DNA from: Stylophora pistillata
Lineage: Eukaryota
Length of the DNA stretch: 57,456 bases
Assembly: GCF_002571385.2 (NCBI RefSeq)
Contig: NW_019218189.1
Span: forward strand, 62,001 to 119,456
Direction: 5' to 3'
The notes below the pieces were generated by a model, which made no database searches, was not told where the DNA came from, and saw only the letters and a list, made by a program, of their open reading frames with translations. Positions within the stretch are counted from its first letter, which is position 1. Every line of letters begins with the position of its first letter. Below are positions 37,201-48,218 of the stretch, piece after piece. The position numbers and the translations under genes were made by a program.

Positions 37201-40052
37201 TTACATCCCGTACTAACCAGCACAGAGAAGATGCAGGAGACAGGACCCATGGCCCAGTGTTTTTCCTCCCTATCCGAGAAGACTAGAGTGTCTAACCATT
37301 TGGAGATGTCATAACAAAGGCAGCTCATTCTCCTCAGTTATTTTAGGACCGCGACTGTTGGTCACCTCTGACGCTTGACCCCTCAACCTCCAGCAGGGCA
37401 GTGTGGCGCTCAACAACATGAGCTAACCAGGCAGCGGTGCTCCAAAAAAAGCTGATCTTTGGTCAACTTCTTATTTTTAAATGTATTTTGCAATTGAAAT
37501 AATTCTTTTTAATACTGATGTTAATTTTGTGTATTTCTTAAACCATATGCACAATGAAATAATTTGGATATATCAACAAAGTTGAAATGGTAAATTGGCC
37601 AGCATAACAATTACAAAAGCTTTCGTAATCGTTACGGTGGCCAATTTACCGTTTCAACTTTGTTGACATATCCAGATTATTTCGTTACCCCCACTGACGT
37701 AGCCCCAAACAGTTTCTTTAGAAACTATCAGCCTTTATATGCACAATGTATTCTTTTATTTTGTAAAGGAACTGGCCATAAATATGGGTAAAGGTGATGA
37801 AAATTTGGATCAAGATGTCATCTTAAAGTTTATTCAGGTAAACTACAGATTGTGCTTGTACAGAAATTGTTAATTATGGAGAATTGAAGTATATTAAACT
37901 GTCATTTGGATAAAGCCATGGATAAAATAACAGACATGTACGTGATCCAAGAATGCAGCAGATGACCCACAGCTGAGCATTTCATTGATGTTCTTGCCAC
38001 ATTTTGATGTCAACTCTGATCTATTACTAACAGTAACTGTACAGACCCATGGTGACATGGAATCTCTTTGTTAATGAGATATCTATTTGTTTTGTTTTCT
38101 TTTCAGTTTCTCCTTGGTTTGTGGGCTAAGGATTGCAAAACCAGATCTGACGATAGCAAAAGAAGCTTAGAGGTAGCACACTGCAGTAACACTCTTGTGT
38201 GTTTCTGTCTCAACAGCACTAAGATGCTGAGTATATTGACCAACTAATTTGTTGTGCAATCTTTATTTATTTTGTTGAATAGGCAAAATTGGCAGGTGCC
38301 ACTCAAAGACAAACAGAATCATATCTAAAGCCATTGTTGAGAAAACTTAAAAATAAGGTAAACAAAAAATAATGAAAAACTGCTTTTTTTTGGTAATAAT
38401 AGAATTTCAAAGTCATCAATAACAACAACCATAACTATCAAAGTGTGATAACCTTCATTTGAAAATATGACATAGATTTTCTCCATACTAGGAAGATTTT
38501 CATTTCATTTAAAAAGAAAGATGTTGTATCCATCAAATGTCATCAAAAAACCTCAGACACTTGCTCTCATTGATGTCTGATTTGTTTGTTGTTTCCCAAC
38601 AGAAAACACCTCAAGATATTCTTGGTGCATTGACAACCATCATTATGAATCTGTTAGACAGAGAGTATGTAAAGGTATGAAGTCAACTTAGATTTTCTAA
38701 CTTTAATTTTACTTCAATCTTTTATGAATTTTATTTATTGTTGATTTGATAAAAAAAATTTCATCTTGAGACTATGCTCTACCTCAGCCTTTTGACTCCT
38801 AAGAGTGATGAGCATCTAATTTCTTCTTACAATATCACCACTGAATCAAACAATAAGGTCAGGAGAATAAAGGAAATGATCACCAACTAAAGAGGCACTC
38901 AACTGTTAAACAAATTCTCCTTGTCAGCACCTTAGGAAATGTATAGAGAACAGTATGGAGAATATGCACACTGATGCTAGGGTACAAAGGATTAAAAGAA
39001 AGTTAGGAAACCTTTGAATGGGACTTCAAAGGGAAATCTTTAGTCGCTAAAGAAGGATACCTTAAAGGAAAACTTATTTTGACGAGCGTCACTGTCTGTT
39101 ATCCCCCAGGCCAATGATTCGTATCTTCAGATGGCAATAGGAAATGCACCTTGGCCTATTGGTGTAACAATGGTGGGAATTCATGCAAGAACAGGAAGAG
39201 AAAAAATCTTTGCTCAAAATGTGGCTCGTATCCTTTTTAGAAATTTTAATTACGGGTTTGATGTTTGCTGTTTTACAGATAAGTTTCCAATTAATTTTGA
39301 GGCTTAATTACAATGAACACACTTCTCTTAAACTTTTAACTCCCACGAGAGACCAAGACAGAATTTCTCCTTACAATATCAGTACAATATCACGCAGTCA
39401 ATTGATGGGAATAAACAACAACAACAACAGCAACAAATTTATTTAAGCTTAATAAGAAATTACAATGCTTGGGCCCGCAAGTAGCAAGGGCTATTTGAGG
39501 CAGGCATAAGAGAGGAAAATAAAAAAAAAAAGAAAAGAATTCTACAGAAAAAGAATATTTTTTTAAAGAAAAAATTAATGTCAACAAGGAGATTAAATGT
39601 TGATTCAATACTAAATTCTCTGAACTCACACCACAAGAATTGTGTAGCAGACAGTATGGAGAATTAATAACGAGATCTTGGAAATTAAAAGGATTCACAC
39701 TCACTCCCACCCAGACAATGCAGCTTATAAAACTTTCAGTTCTTGCTATGTTCCCTTAGCTTTTGTTTAATCAGATGTTCTTAATGATGAAACTCAAAGG
39801 AAGTACATTCAGGTAAAGAAAAAGATGAACAATGATGATCAAAAATAGTTATTTTAAAACAAATATGATGTGTTTTATAAAGTCGCACACATGCTGTGAA
39901 GTATTGCATAATTTTTTGACTGAAGGTTACAATATAAATGAAAAGTAACCAGTTTTGTTCTTTGTCAGGGACTGAAACGTCTGATGACATTTTGCCAAAA
40001 GAAGTTTCCAGCAGATCCATCAAAGTCTGTGGAATACAATGCTGTAAAGTAA
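31261..40052 (+). CDS. PRPF18: Pre-mRNA-splicing factor 18 (~348 aa, 15 exons)
   Basis: Exons 31261-31326, 32479-32547, 32648-32668, 33038-33139, 34108-34187, 35112-35145, 35460-35534, 36926-37003, 37769-37837, 38107-38172, 38283-38357, 38603-38674, 39110-39227, 39775-39812, 39969-40052. Hallmarks: [72 protein letters not shown]. Confidence 0.97.
32003..32225. mobile_element. Hairpin element (same family as 7628-7725)
   Basis: Palindrome cttattaaccgag...cttggttaataag. Confidence 0.7.
32804..32966. mobile_element. hAT5-like MITE (CAGGGCT termini, 5-bp TSD actta)
   Basis: cagggctcgacac / gtgtcgagccctg, flanked by actta on both sides. A homologous copy is at 45538-45713. Confidence 0.7.
33225..33440. 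mobile_element. Inverted Penelope-like termini with degenerate hammerheads (related copies at ~2490-2590, 34712-34825, 37557-37730)
   Basis: ctgacgaagggctaatgcttgcaacatcagc and its inverse. The best-preserved copy, at 34773-34807 (-), reads gct-CCGACGA-agggc taac gctc-GAAA-cg-TC-agc. Confidence 0.65.
35917..36353. mobile_element. Hairpin element (palindrome plus inverted pair ending TAATAA)
   Basis: Palindrome at 35920-36066; ttgttacatccattttgaaat (36068-36088) / atttcaaaatggatgtaataa (36333-36353). Confidence 0.7.
36586..36875 (+). mobile_element. Degenerate tRNA-derived SINE
   Basis: Head ggcacagtggcctgatggtaag and body ...gactagcatcccatccag...tcatgctatggaaactgggataa. Confidence 0.55.
38787..38996. 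mobile_element. piggyBac-like MITE family (ttaaccctttaactccc-type termini); relatives at ~5060, 36355, 39330, 41520, 43895, 45147, 53480
   Basis: Shared internal aatttctccttacaatatc...ggagaat motifs and TTAA|CCC-like ends. Confidence 0.6.
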
Positions 40053-40869
40053 CAGAACAGATGAAAGGAACAACAACAAAAAAGACTCCTGAACTGCAAG
40101 TGCAAAAGAAGATTTATTATTGTTCTCTCATACTGGCTTTCAATAAGAACTTTGTTGAAATTCTCAATGTGGTAATGCTTGAATGTAAACAACCTTTGTG
40201 AAAAACTCACAAAAATAGTGTTATTAAAAGACATTTTATATTTACAAACAAAATGAGTGAAGCAACAGACTCGAAAAGGTCAGGGGTGAACAGCAACTTC
40301 ATCACAGGTTGGAGCTTCACAACAAAACCAGATAAGCTGTTTAACACTCATTTTTAAATCTCTCATTATTTGACTGTCTAGAATGTTCATAGACCTCTGT
40401 TAATTTCACATACACTGTATTATCTCTGGAGAGGGTAGCAAAGGGGTTACACATGATGATTAAGCCCAAAGTTTTAATCAAATGTGTGAATTTTACAGAA
40501 TGGCAAGGTGAGATTTAAAGTTTTCCCTTGTAAATTTGTGTTGCATGAAATATTGTTTAAAGTACTCACAATGCATGAATTTTTCTAAAAATCTTGCATA
40601 AAATGGGATCTGCCATCCCTTGCTATCCTCTCTGTACAAACCATGTTGTAAGTAAATTTGCTTTTCTCAAGAATAAACAATTGAAAGTATTGGTCAGTTG
40701 TTTCTGTTGATATATCAATAAATAAATTTAATGGAGATCATGCCAATGTTGGTCTTGCATGTTAACTCACTGAAAGTATATGATCCATCTTAAAACTTTT
40801 TTCCTGAGTCTTTTATCTGAATTAGAACACTTAAGTCCCAGAGTTACTTATTTTGATAATAAGTTTGTG

Positions 40870-43800
40870 CTATCTGTATGTAAACTTCAACTTTGCGGTG
40901 ACCATCATATGATCTGAAGGGAACATCTCTTCGACAATTCTTCCATTTACGGTTTCCAAGGTGTCTCTTAGTAAAGACATTGTGATAAAGTAAAGAGCAA
41001 TCATCAAACAAACAACAGCTATTCCCAGTGTTCTATTAGAGAACAAAAACAAAACCCTGGAGTGAACTCTTCTTTTCGTTGCGAAACATCTTTGTATCAG
41101 TATTTTTATGAGAATGTACAAGATAAATACCACAGCTGTGGAATAAAGCACAAAAAGTAATAAAAAATTGTTGAAGTGTTCAGCATCGCATTCGTAGCAG
41201 AAAGGCAACTCGCAGTTATTTTTATCTCCTCCTTTGACACAGACACCGCAGCGACATGATCCATGAGGGCCACAATCTTGATGACAAGTGTACTTGAAAT
41301 GTGGACCATTTGCAGTTTCTTTGGCCATGAGGAATACTTTCTTGAGCCTTTGCCATTTATTTTGCAAGCTGTACTTTTGTTGGTAAACTTTTCCATCTCC
41401 ATGAATCTCAGCAGACACAACTTGAAGTCCAGTTACAGAAACGAGTATTCTGTCTGGCCGACTAACGAGTCCAGGTTCTGGCTGCGAGAAAAAATAAACT
41501 TGTCATTAGTTAATGCTGTTAACCCTTTAACTCCCAGAAGTGATTGATCTGTAACTTCTCCCTATAATATCCATACATGATCCAGCAAACAAGTAACAAG
41601 AATACTCAAACTTATCAGGTAGAAGTTGTTATCTGATCTAACACCAAATTCTTGTAACAAAATAATTTACAAGGGAATGTGTAACAGCTGGAGGGAGAAT
41701 ATTAGGCAATTAGGGATTTGAAATGAGTGTTGAGACATCAGAACAACACAATACAGCTAATGTTCCATTAGAAAAAAATCAATAAACAAGAAAAATCAAT
41801 GAGAATTTGATGCAAATTCACTTGCAGTGGAAAGGGTACAAGACTAGGTGACATTGGTTAAAAGGAATGTGTTATGTTTCTGTTATTTTTTTTTATTTAA
41901 CCGCCTCCCGGTTAGCTCAATTGATAGAGCGCTGGACTGATGTGTGGGAGGTCGAGGGTTCAAGCCCTGGCCGGACCAACACTCAAGATCTTAAAATAAT
42001 TGAGAAGAATATGCTTCCTTTCTATAACATCAAGAAATGGTTTAGATATTCTAGTCTTCTCGGATAGGGGCGAATAAATGGAGGTCCTGTCTCCTGCAGG
42101 GTTGGGGTGGGAGACGTTAATTTCCCACGTACGAGATTACTGTGTGATGGTTGTCCTCCCCTGGGGTGGGATGGCTGGGTGTTGTCTTGAGATTATATGA
42201 GCCTCTGGCTCGGGCCCCACGCAAAGATATTAAACTTGATTACAGGAACACAGAAGCAGAGAAGCGCTAAGAAGCTAGCCAAATACTGTCAGCAATCTGC
42301 ATTTGCAGCCTGTTTTAAAAGTACAACTGAAAGAGGATGACCACTGACGTAACCAACACCACAGATGAAATTTAACCCTTTTGNNNNNNNNNNNNNNNNN
42401 NNNNNNNNNNNNNNNNNNNNNNNNNNNNNNNNNNNNNNNNNNNNNNNNNNNNNNNNNNNNNNNNNNNNNNNNNNNNNNNNNNNNNNNNNNNNNNNNNNNN
42501 NNNNNNNNNNNNNNNNNNNNNNNNNNNNNNNNNNNNNNNNNNNNNNNNNNNNNNNNNNNNNNNNNNNNNNNNNNNNNNNNNNNNNNNNNNNNNNNNNNNN
42601 NNNNNNNNNNNNNNNNNNNNNNNNNNNNNNNNNNNNNNNNNNNNNNNNNNNNNNNNNNNNNNNNNNNNNNNNNNNNNNNNNNNNNNNNNNNNNNNNNNNN
42701 NNNNNNNNNNNNNNNNNNNNNNNNNNNNNNNNNNNNNNNNNNNNNNNNNNNNNNNNNNNNNNNNNNNNNNNNNNNNNNNNNNNNNNNNNNNNNNNNNNNN
42801 NNNNNNNNNNNNNNNNNNNNNNNNNNNNNNNNNNNNNNNNNNNNNNNNNNNNNNNNNNNNNNNNNNNNNNNNNNNNNNNNNNNNNNNNNNNNNNNNNNNN
42901 NNNNNNNNNNNNNNNNNNNNNNNNNNNNNNNNNNNNNNNNNNNNNNNNNNNNNNNNNNNNNNNNNNNNNNNNNNNNNNNNNNNNNNNNNNNNNNNNNNNN
43001 TTAGTTAATGCTGTTAACCCTTTAACTCCCAGAAGTGATTGATCTGTAACTTCTCCCTATAATATCCATACATGATCCAGCAAACAAGTAACAAGAATAC
43101 TCAAACTTATCAGGTAGAAGTTGTTATCTGATCTAACACCAAATTCTTGTAACAAAATAATTTACAAGGGAATGTGTAACAGCTGTAGGGAGAATATTAG
43201 GCAATTAGGGATTTGAAATGAGTGTTGAGACATCAGAACAACACAATACAGCTAATGTTCCATTAGAAAAAAATCAATAAACAAGAAAAATCAATGAGAA
43301 TTTGATGCAAATTCACTTGCAGTGGAAAGGGTACAAGACTAGGTGACATTGGTTAAAAGGAATGTGTTATGTTTCTGTTATTTTTTTTTATTTAACCGCC
43401 TCCCGGTTAGCTCAATTGATAGAGCGCTGGACTGATGTGTGGGAGGTCGAGGGTTCAAGCCCTGGCCGGACCAACACTCAAGATCTTAAAATAATTGAGA
43501 AGAATATGCTTCCTTTCTATAACATCAAGAAATGGTTTAGATATTCTAGTCTTCTCGAATAGGGATGAATAAATGGAGGTCCCATCTCCTGCAGGGTTAG
43601 GGGTAGGAGACGTTAATTTTCCATGCACGAGATTACTGTGTGATGGTTTTCCTCCCCTGGAGTGAGATGGGTGGGTGTTGTCTTGCGATTATATGAGCCT
43701 CTGGCTCGGGCAATATGGGCAACCATGCCCCACGCAAAGACATTAAACTTGATTACAGGATTACAGGAACACAGAAGCAGAGAAGCGCTAAGAAGCTAGC

Positions 43801-46106
43801 CAAATACTGTCAGCAATCTGCATTTGCAGCCTGTTTTAAAAGTACAACTGAAAGAGGATGACCACTGACGTAACCAACACCACAGATGTTATTGAACCCT
43901 TTTGCCCCTCAGATCTCATTAGTAATTCTCCCTACTGGGTGTCATACAATTCTTATGAAGTTACTTTGAAGAATTTGGTATCTGATCAACTATTAATCCC
44001 CTGGGCCTGGTTGTTTGAAGGCTGATTAGCACTAACCCAGGATTAAAATTAAATCCAGGTTTCTCTATTTGTCTGTTCAATAGCCTTTTTAGGAAAATTT
44101 TCTCTATTCTTTTTAGAATATGCAATCATCAAATTGCAGACATAGAGATTCAAACTCAGCTTTCTTTTAAAGCTTTCAGATCTGCAATTTCATGCTAACC
44201 CTAGGTTACCTTAACCCGGCTTTGAAAAACCCGGCCCTGGTTGATATTTTCCTATATTCTCAGCACTTGTCCTCTTGATGTTGTATTGGCATTATGAGGA
44301 GAAATTCTGCCCTGGTCACTCATGGGGAGTGAAAGAGTAAACACACAAACAGTGGTAGACCATGTATACAAAGGTGTTGCAGGCAAACACTTTCACAACA
44401 CACCATATTGCTGAAGGTGTATCCCTTGCTGTTCCCATTTGCTGTCACCCAGGCATCTACAAAGCCATATCCTTGGTTTGATCCTTGTGGGTCAAAATAA
44501 CTGGATGCATGGCAAGGGCCTTCCTTGTCAAAAGACCCTTTCATTATTCCATTTACAGGCCAATGGAAATCATCGTATGCATTAAAGTCACCCAGTAAAA
44601 CAGAGCGCTCACTCCCCATGGATGCAATATAGTTAATGACATCCACTGCATTTTGGCACTGCTGAGTTTTGTCATAAGATAAGTGAAGCACTGTTATGTC
44701 CAGTTCTTCTCCATCAATATCAACTTGGACGTGAAGTACAGCTCGCTTGTTGCGATCCACACCACCTTTCCCAATTGTTAAGTTAACAACATGACTTAAT
44801 ATTATGGGATGTTTACTGAGCAGTCCCAGGCCTTCCTGTTCCCACCCTGGTGGGTCTTGTCGACCAGCTGGAGGTGTAACCATGGCAACAGGGTGATAAA
44901 CTAAATGTTTGTAGTGTGGAATTAACTCTTGAAGTTCAGTTAACTGGTTTCTGTCATCTTTTGCATCAGCACGCACTTCTTGGAAACCAATTACATCTGG
45001 GTTAACTTTATTTATCTGAAAAAATTAAAAGCAAGAAACTAACGGGCAATTTCAAATTTATTATAGCAGGGTCTCCACACAAAAGCTTGATTTTATTTGC
45101 AGTCCGAGTTGAATCACTACAAAACAGCACTAAAAGAATACACTTTAAATCTTTCACTCACAAGATCTCATTAGCAATTCTCCTTACTGTCTGCCATACA
45201 ATTGTTATGATGTCAGTTCAGAGAATTTGGTCTTGGATCAACTGATAATCCCCTAATTAATATTTGTCTATTTTCTCAACATTTGTGTACTTGATATTGT
45301 ATTGATTTTGTTAGAAGAAATTCTCTCTTGGTCACTCGTGGGAGTTAGAGAGTTAAATAAACTTGGGCTACCAGTCTGTACAAACATCATTCCGTTTTGT
45401 TTCCAGTTTGACCTTGACCTATCTTTCTATCAAACAAAAACCAGAAAAAAATGGACCACTGATGGAATGATACTTTGTCATGATGTGAAAACAAAACAAA
45501 GAAATAAAATCAACATGAATAAAATCAATATAAATATCAGGGCTCGACACTAACTTTTCAACTTATTAGCCAAGTGGCTAGTGACATCTTAGATGTTAGG
45601 ACAATTTCAGTTTGTTTACTAGCCAAACTGGCTAGTGGAAATCGAAAACCACCAGCCAAAACTGAATTTCTACAGGTCTGTGGCTAGTGAGCTACAGTTG
45701 GTGTTGAGCCCTGAATAAGCCGTTGGGTTGATGTCAACATGAAACAAATGAAAAAATTTCAATCCTTCCAAAACACATGAACACGGGTATCGTAAGGTGA
45801 ACCAGGCTTTACCACCTTTTTTCGTTTATACACTTCCAAACATTTTATAAACATTAAAAAAAAAAAAAAACCGGAGTCTCACGATCTTCAATTTAAGAAT
45901 CTCTTATATTTAAGAGTTGCAAAAATCTTTGTCAAACATAATAACGTTAAATTTTAAATATCAAATGTCGGTTCCTGTGGTAAATAATTTATTCCTGAAG
46001 TACAAAGATAAAAATAAAAAAAAAATTCTTTATTTTTGCTCTTCCTTGCATTGAATGAATCCGGAAAAATAGTATCCTAACTTGCCAAATAATTAACACT
46101 AAAAAA

Positions 46107-46150
<44 letters not shown>

Positions 46151-46406
46151 CCAAGAAACAAAACAGCGGGAAATACATAAATATTTGAAGGTTGAACATT
46201 CATAACAAGAAACGGACAAGAAATTATATGGAAAAAACGTGAAAAATTACCATATCCGCAATGTAGTATTTTCTTGTTTCCCACTGGAACATAACATTCC
46301 AAATGTTGTAGTTTGCAACTTTTACAATTTTATGTGCTGATACACGGCAGTAAATATTGAAATAAGCAGAGAAAAAGAGTAAAAATATACATGTTCGAAC
46401 CGCCAT
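40870..46406 (-). CDS. Signal-peptide EEP (endonuclease/exonuclease/phosphatase) family protein, ~459 aa, with a Cys-rich plus two-TM insertion
   Basis: Exons 46406-46251, 45015-44404 and 41481-40870, all phase 0. Motifs NYNIWN, PDVIGFQEV, VLHL, LLGDFN, YTF, RPDRILV and PSDH; hydrophobic N-terminus. Confidence 0.88.
41900..42070 (+). mobile_element. tRNA-derived SINE (duplicate at 43396-43565, start of another at 50607, minus copy ~37200-37437)
   Basis: tagctcaattgatagagcg A-box and ggttcaagccc B-box followed by a non-tRNA body. Confidence 0.7.
42384..43000. other. Assembly gap flanked by duplicated sequence
   Basis: N run; 41506-42383 is repeated at 43001-43903. Confidence 0.95.
46111..46146. 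repeat. (CA)n microsatellite in intron 1 of the EEP gene
   Basis: Tandem ca. Confidence 0.95.
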
Positions 46407-46562
46407 TTAAACCACGGGGGACGACACGGGGATTATGAGTCTGCGTCGGTCTGGGAATGAGTTGCTCAAAATATCTCAGCTTTCACGTTTGTAGTCAGCG
46501 GTTTATAAATTCTTCATAGCAATTTGCTTGAAGTGTATTCTCCAGAAAATAGAGTTCAACCC

Positions 46563-46749
46563 ATAGACCACTTTCATAAATGGCTGCCGAATAAATATTC
46601 TTTTGTTTAAATTTAAATTAGCCCTACTGGCCTCGCTTGAGATAATGTATTTTTTTTTNAATTTTGTACTGGAGAACGAGGCCAGTAGGGCTAATTTAAA
46701 TTTAAACAAAAGAATATTAATCCAGCAGCCATTTATGAAAGTGGTCTAT
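46563..46749. mobile_element. Foldback MITE upstream of the EEP gene
   Basis: ~70-bp inverted termini atagaccactttcataaatggctgc / gcagccatttatgaaagtggtctat. Confidence 0.75.
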
Positions 46750-47315
46750 TAGCTTTGATGCCGCCCCCTTAGCCTGAGGCAAAAGAAAAGTGCTGTTTAT
46801 TATTCCAAAAACATTTCAAAAACATTTGCTTACAATTTTTGCATAAGCGGTCAAAATTTGTATTGACATAGTTGCAGAGATGCCTGCTGCATCCCCCTCG
46901 CCAACTAAAAAATAGATGCCCACTTTGATCAAATCAATCTCCCTTCCACAAAAAAAAATAGAAAACAAAGAACAACTGCAAGACCAGTTTGAGAAACAAG
47001 AAAAAAATTGTTTTGATTTGAGTAAATCTGGTGATATGATGTTAGCCAACAGTGGAGCAAAGCCTTTGAAAGGGTGAACCACATGGGAGACCGGGAGACT
47101 CTTTCTGCATCCAGGAGATTCCCTGATAATCCAGGAGAGTCACTTAAATACTGACATTTAACCCTAACTTTGAGGGGTAATTTAATGGAAGTTTTGCCAG
47201 ACCTTGTAAATTTATACACGGCTGATCACAGAACAAGAGATTAGAATAGAATATTTTACAAGAAAATGAATGAAAGTTGGAAAGGAAAATTAAAAACCAC
47301 AGTGGAGTACAAGGT

Positions 47316-48155
47316 TCAATGCTTCCATCCTACTGCATGACCATCCTCCATTTGAGGCTCAAGAAATCCACGGAAGACTTTTCCATCATAACTCCATCTT
47401 GCGCCATATCCTTCAATACACCTCACTTCAATAACTTTAAGTCCATGTGGCAGACAGTGGATATTAATCCATGAAGCATCCTCTAGTATACGCATTACAA
47501 CTGTATTAGCATGTTCATTTTTAACTTGTTCGCTACCTGCACAGACACCCCACCATTCACTGGAGTCCCTGTGGCAATGTTTTGATAAGGCTCTTGCACC
47601 AACTGTCAAATTGGCATTTGGTCTGTGTTTCTTATTAAAGGATTCTATAAGAACTTCCACAGGAGAAGGAAAAATATCAACACTGCCTTGCGTGCGACGA
47701 ATATTAAGCAGATCAAGCAGTCCTCTCACGCCGAGAAATTTTAAGATAGATGAAAACTGTTGACACTTTTCTTTATCAGATATTTCTGTCCAAGAATCAT
47801 TAAGGGAGGACAATAAAAGCCAAATTTTTTCAGAAATTTCTTTTCTCTCTTCAGTGAAGTCTTCCTCTGATAGAGATCCACAAGATTGGCTTTTTGCAGG
47901 AAAATTCCCAGTAGTCATCCACTGGTATAACTTTTTAGAAATTTCCAAATAAAGTGGATATCTAGGATACTTTCCTTCTTTTGCTGGTAAGGTACGGAAA
48001 GTCTCTTCGGAAAGTAACAAAGTTTCGCACTGCCCTTTGGACATTATTCCAGCTTCCTGAACAATCCACGTTTCTAAGACTTTCTTAACGACCGTAGCTA
48101 TACCATGGACAGAAACCATCTTTCGGATTGAGAGACACATTATACTCATGTACAC
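47316..48155 (-). CDS. Intronless protein resembling plant 'ASCH-domain' proteins but lacking ASCH; C-terminal polymorphic-toxin-like domain (likely start 48119)
   Basis: 279-aa ORF. C-terminal LTVGARALSKHCHR..WWG...KN...WINIH...EVR...YGARW..DG..FRGFLEP..EDGH..GWKH. aagATGg context at 48119. Confidence 0.75.
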   Translation of the reverse strand: MYMSIMCLSIRKMVSVHGIATVVKKVLETWIVQEAGIMSKGQCETLLLSEETFRTLPAKEGKYPRYPLYLEISKKLYQWMTTGNFPAKSQSCGSLSEEDFTEERKEISEKIWLLLSSLNDSWTEISDKEKCQQFSSILKFLGVRGLLDLLNIRRTQGSVDIFPSPVEVLIESFNKKHRPNANLTVGARALSKHCHRDSSEWWGVCAGSEQVKNEHANTVVMRILEDASWINIHCLPHGLKVIEVRCIEGYGARWSYDGKVFRGFLEPQMEDGHAVGWKH

Positions 48156-48218
48156 TATGGAGAAAATGGAAAATTCCTCCCCAGGCTCTCACGGAGTTAA
48201 TATTCTGTTAGTTTCAAG

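Noticed and set aside
41506-43903. ~880-bp direct duplication inside intron 2 of the EEP gene
   Set aside because: The copies flank an N gap and differ by allele-like SNPs and indels; most likely an uncollapsed haplotype overlap.
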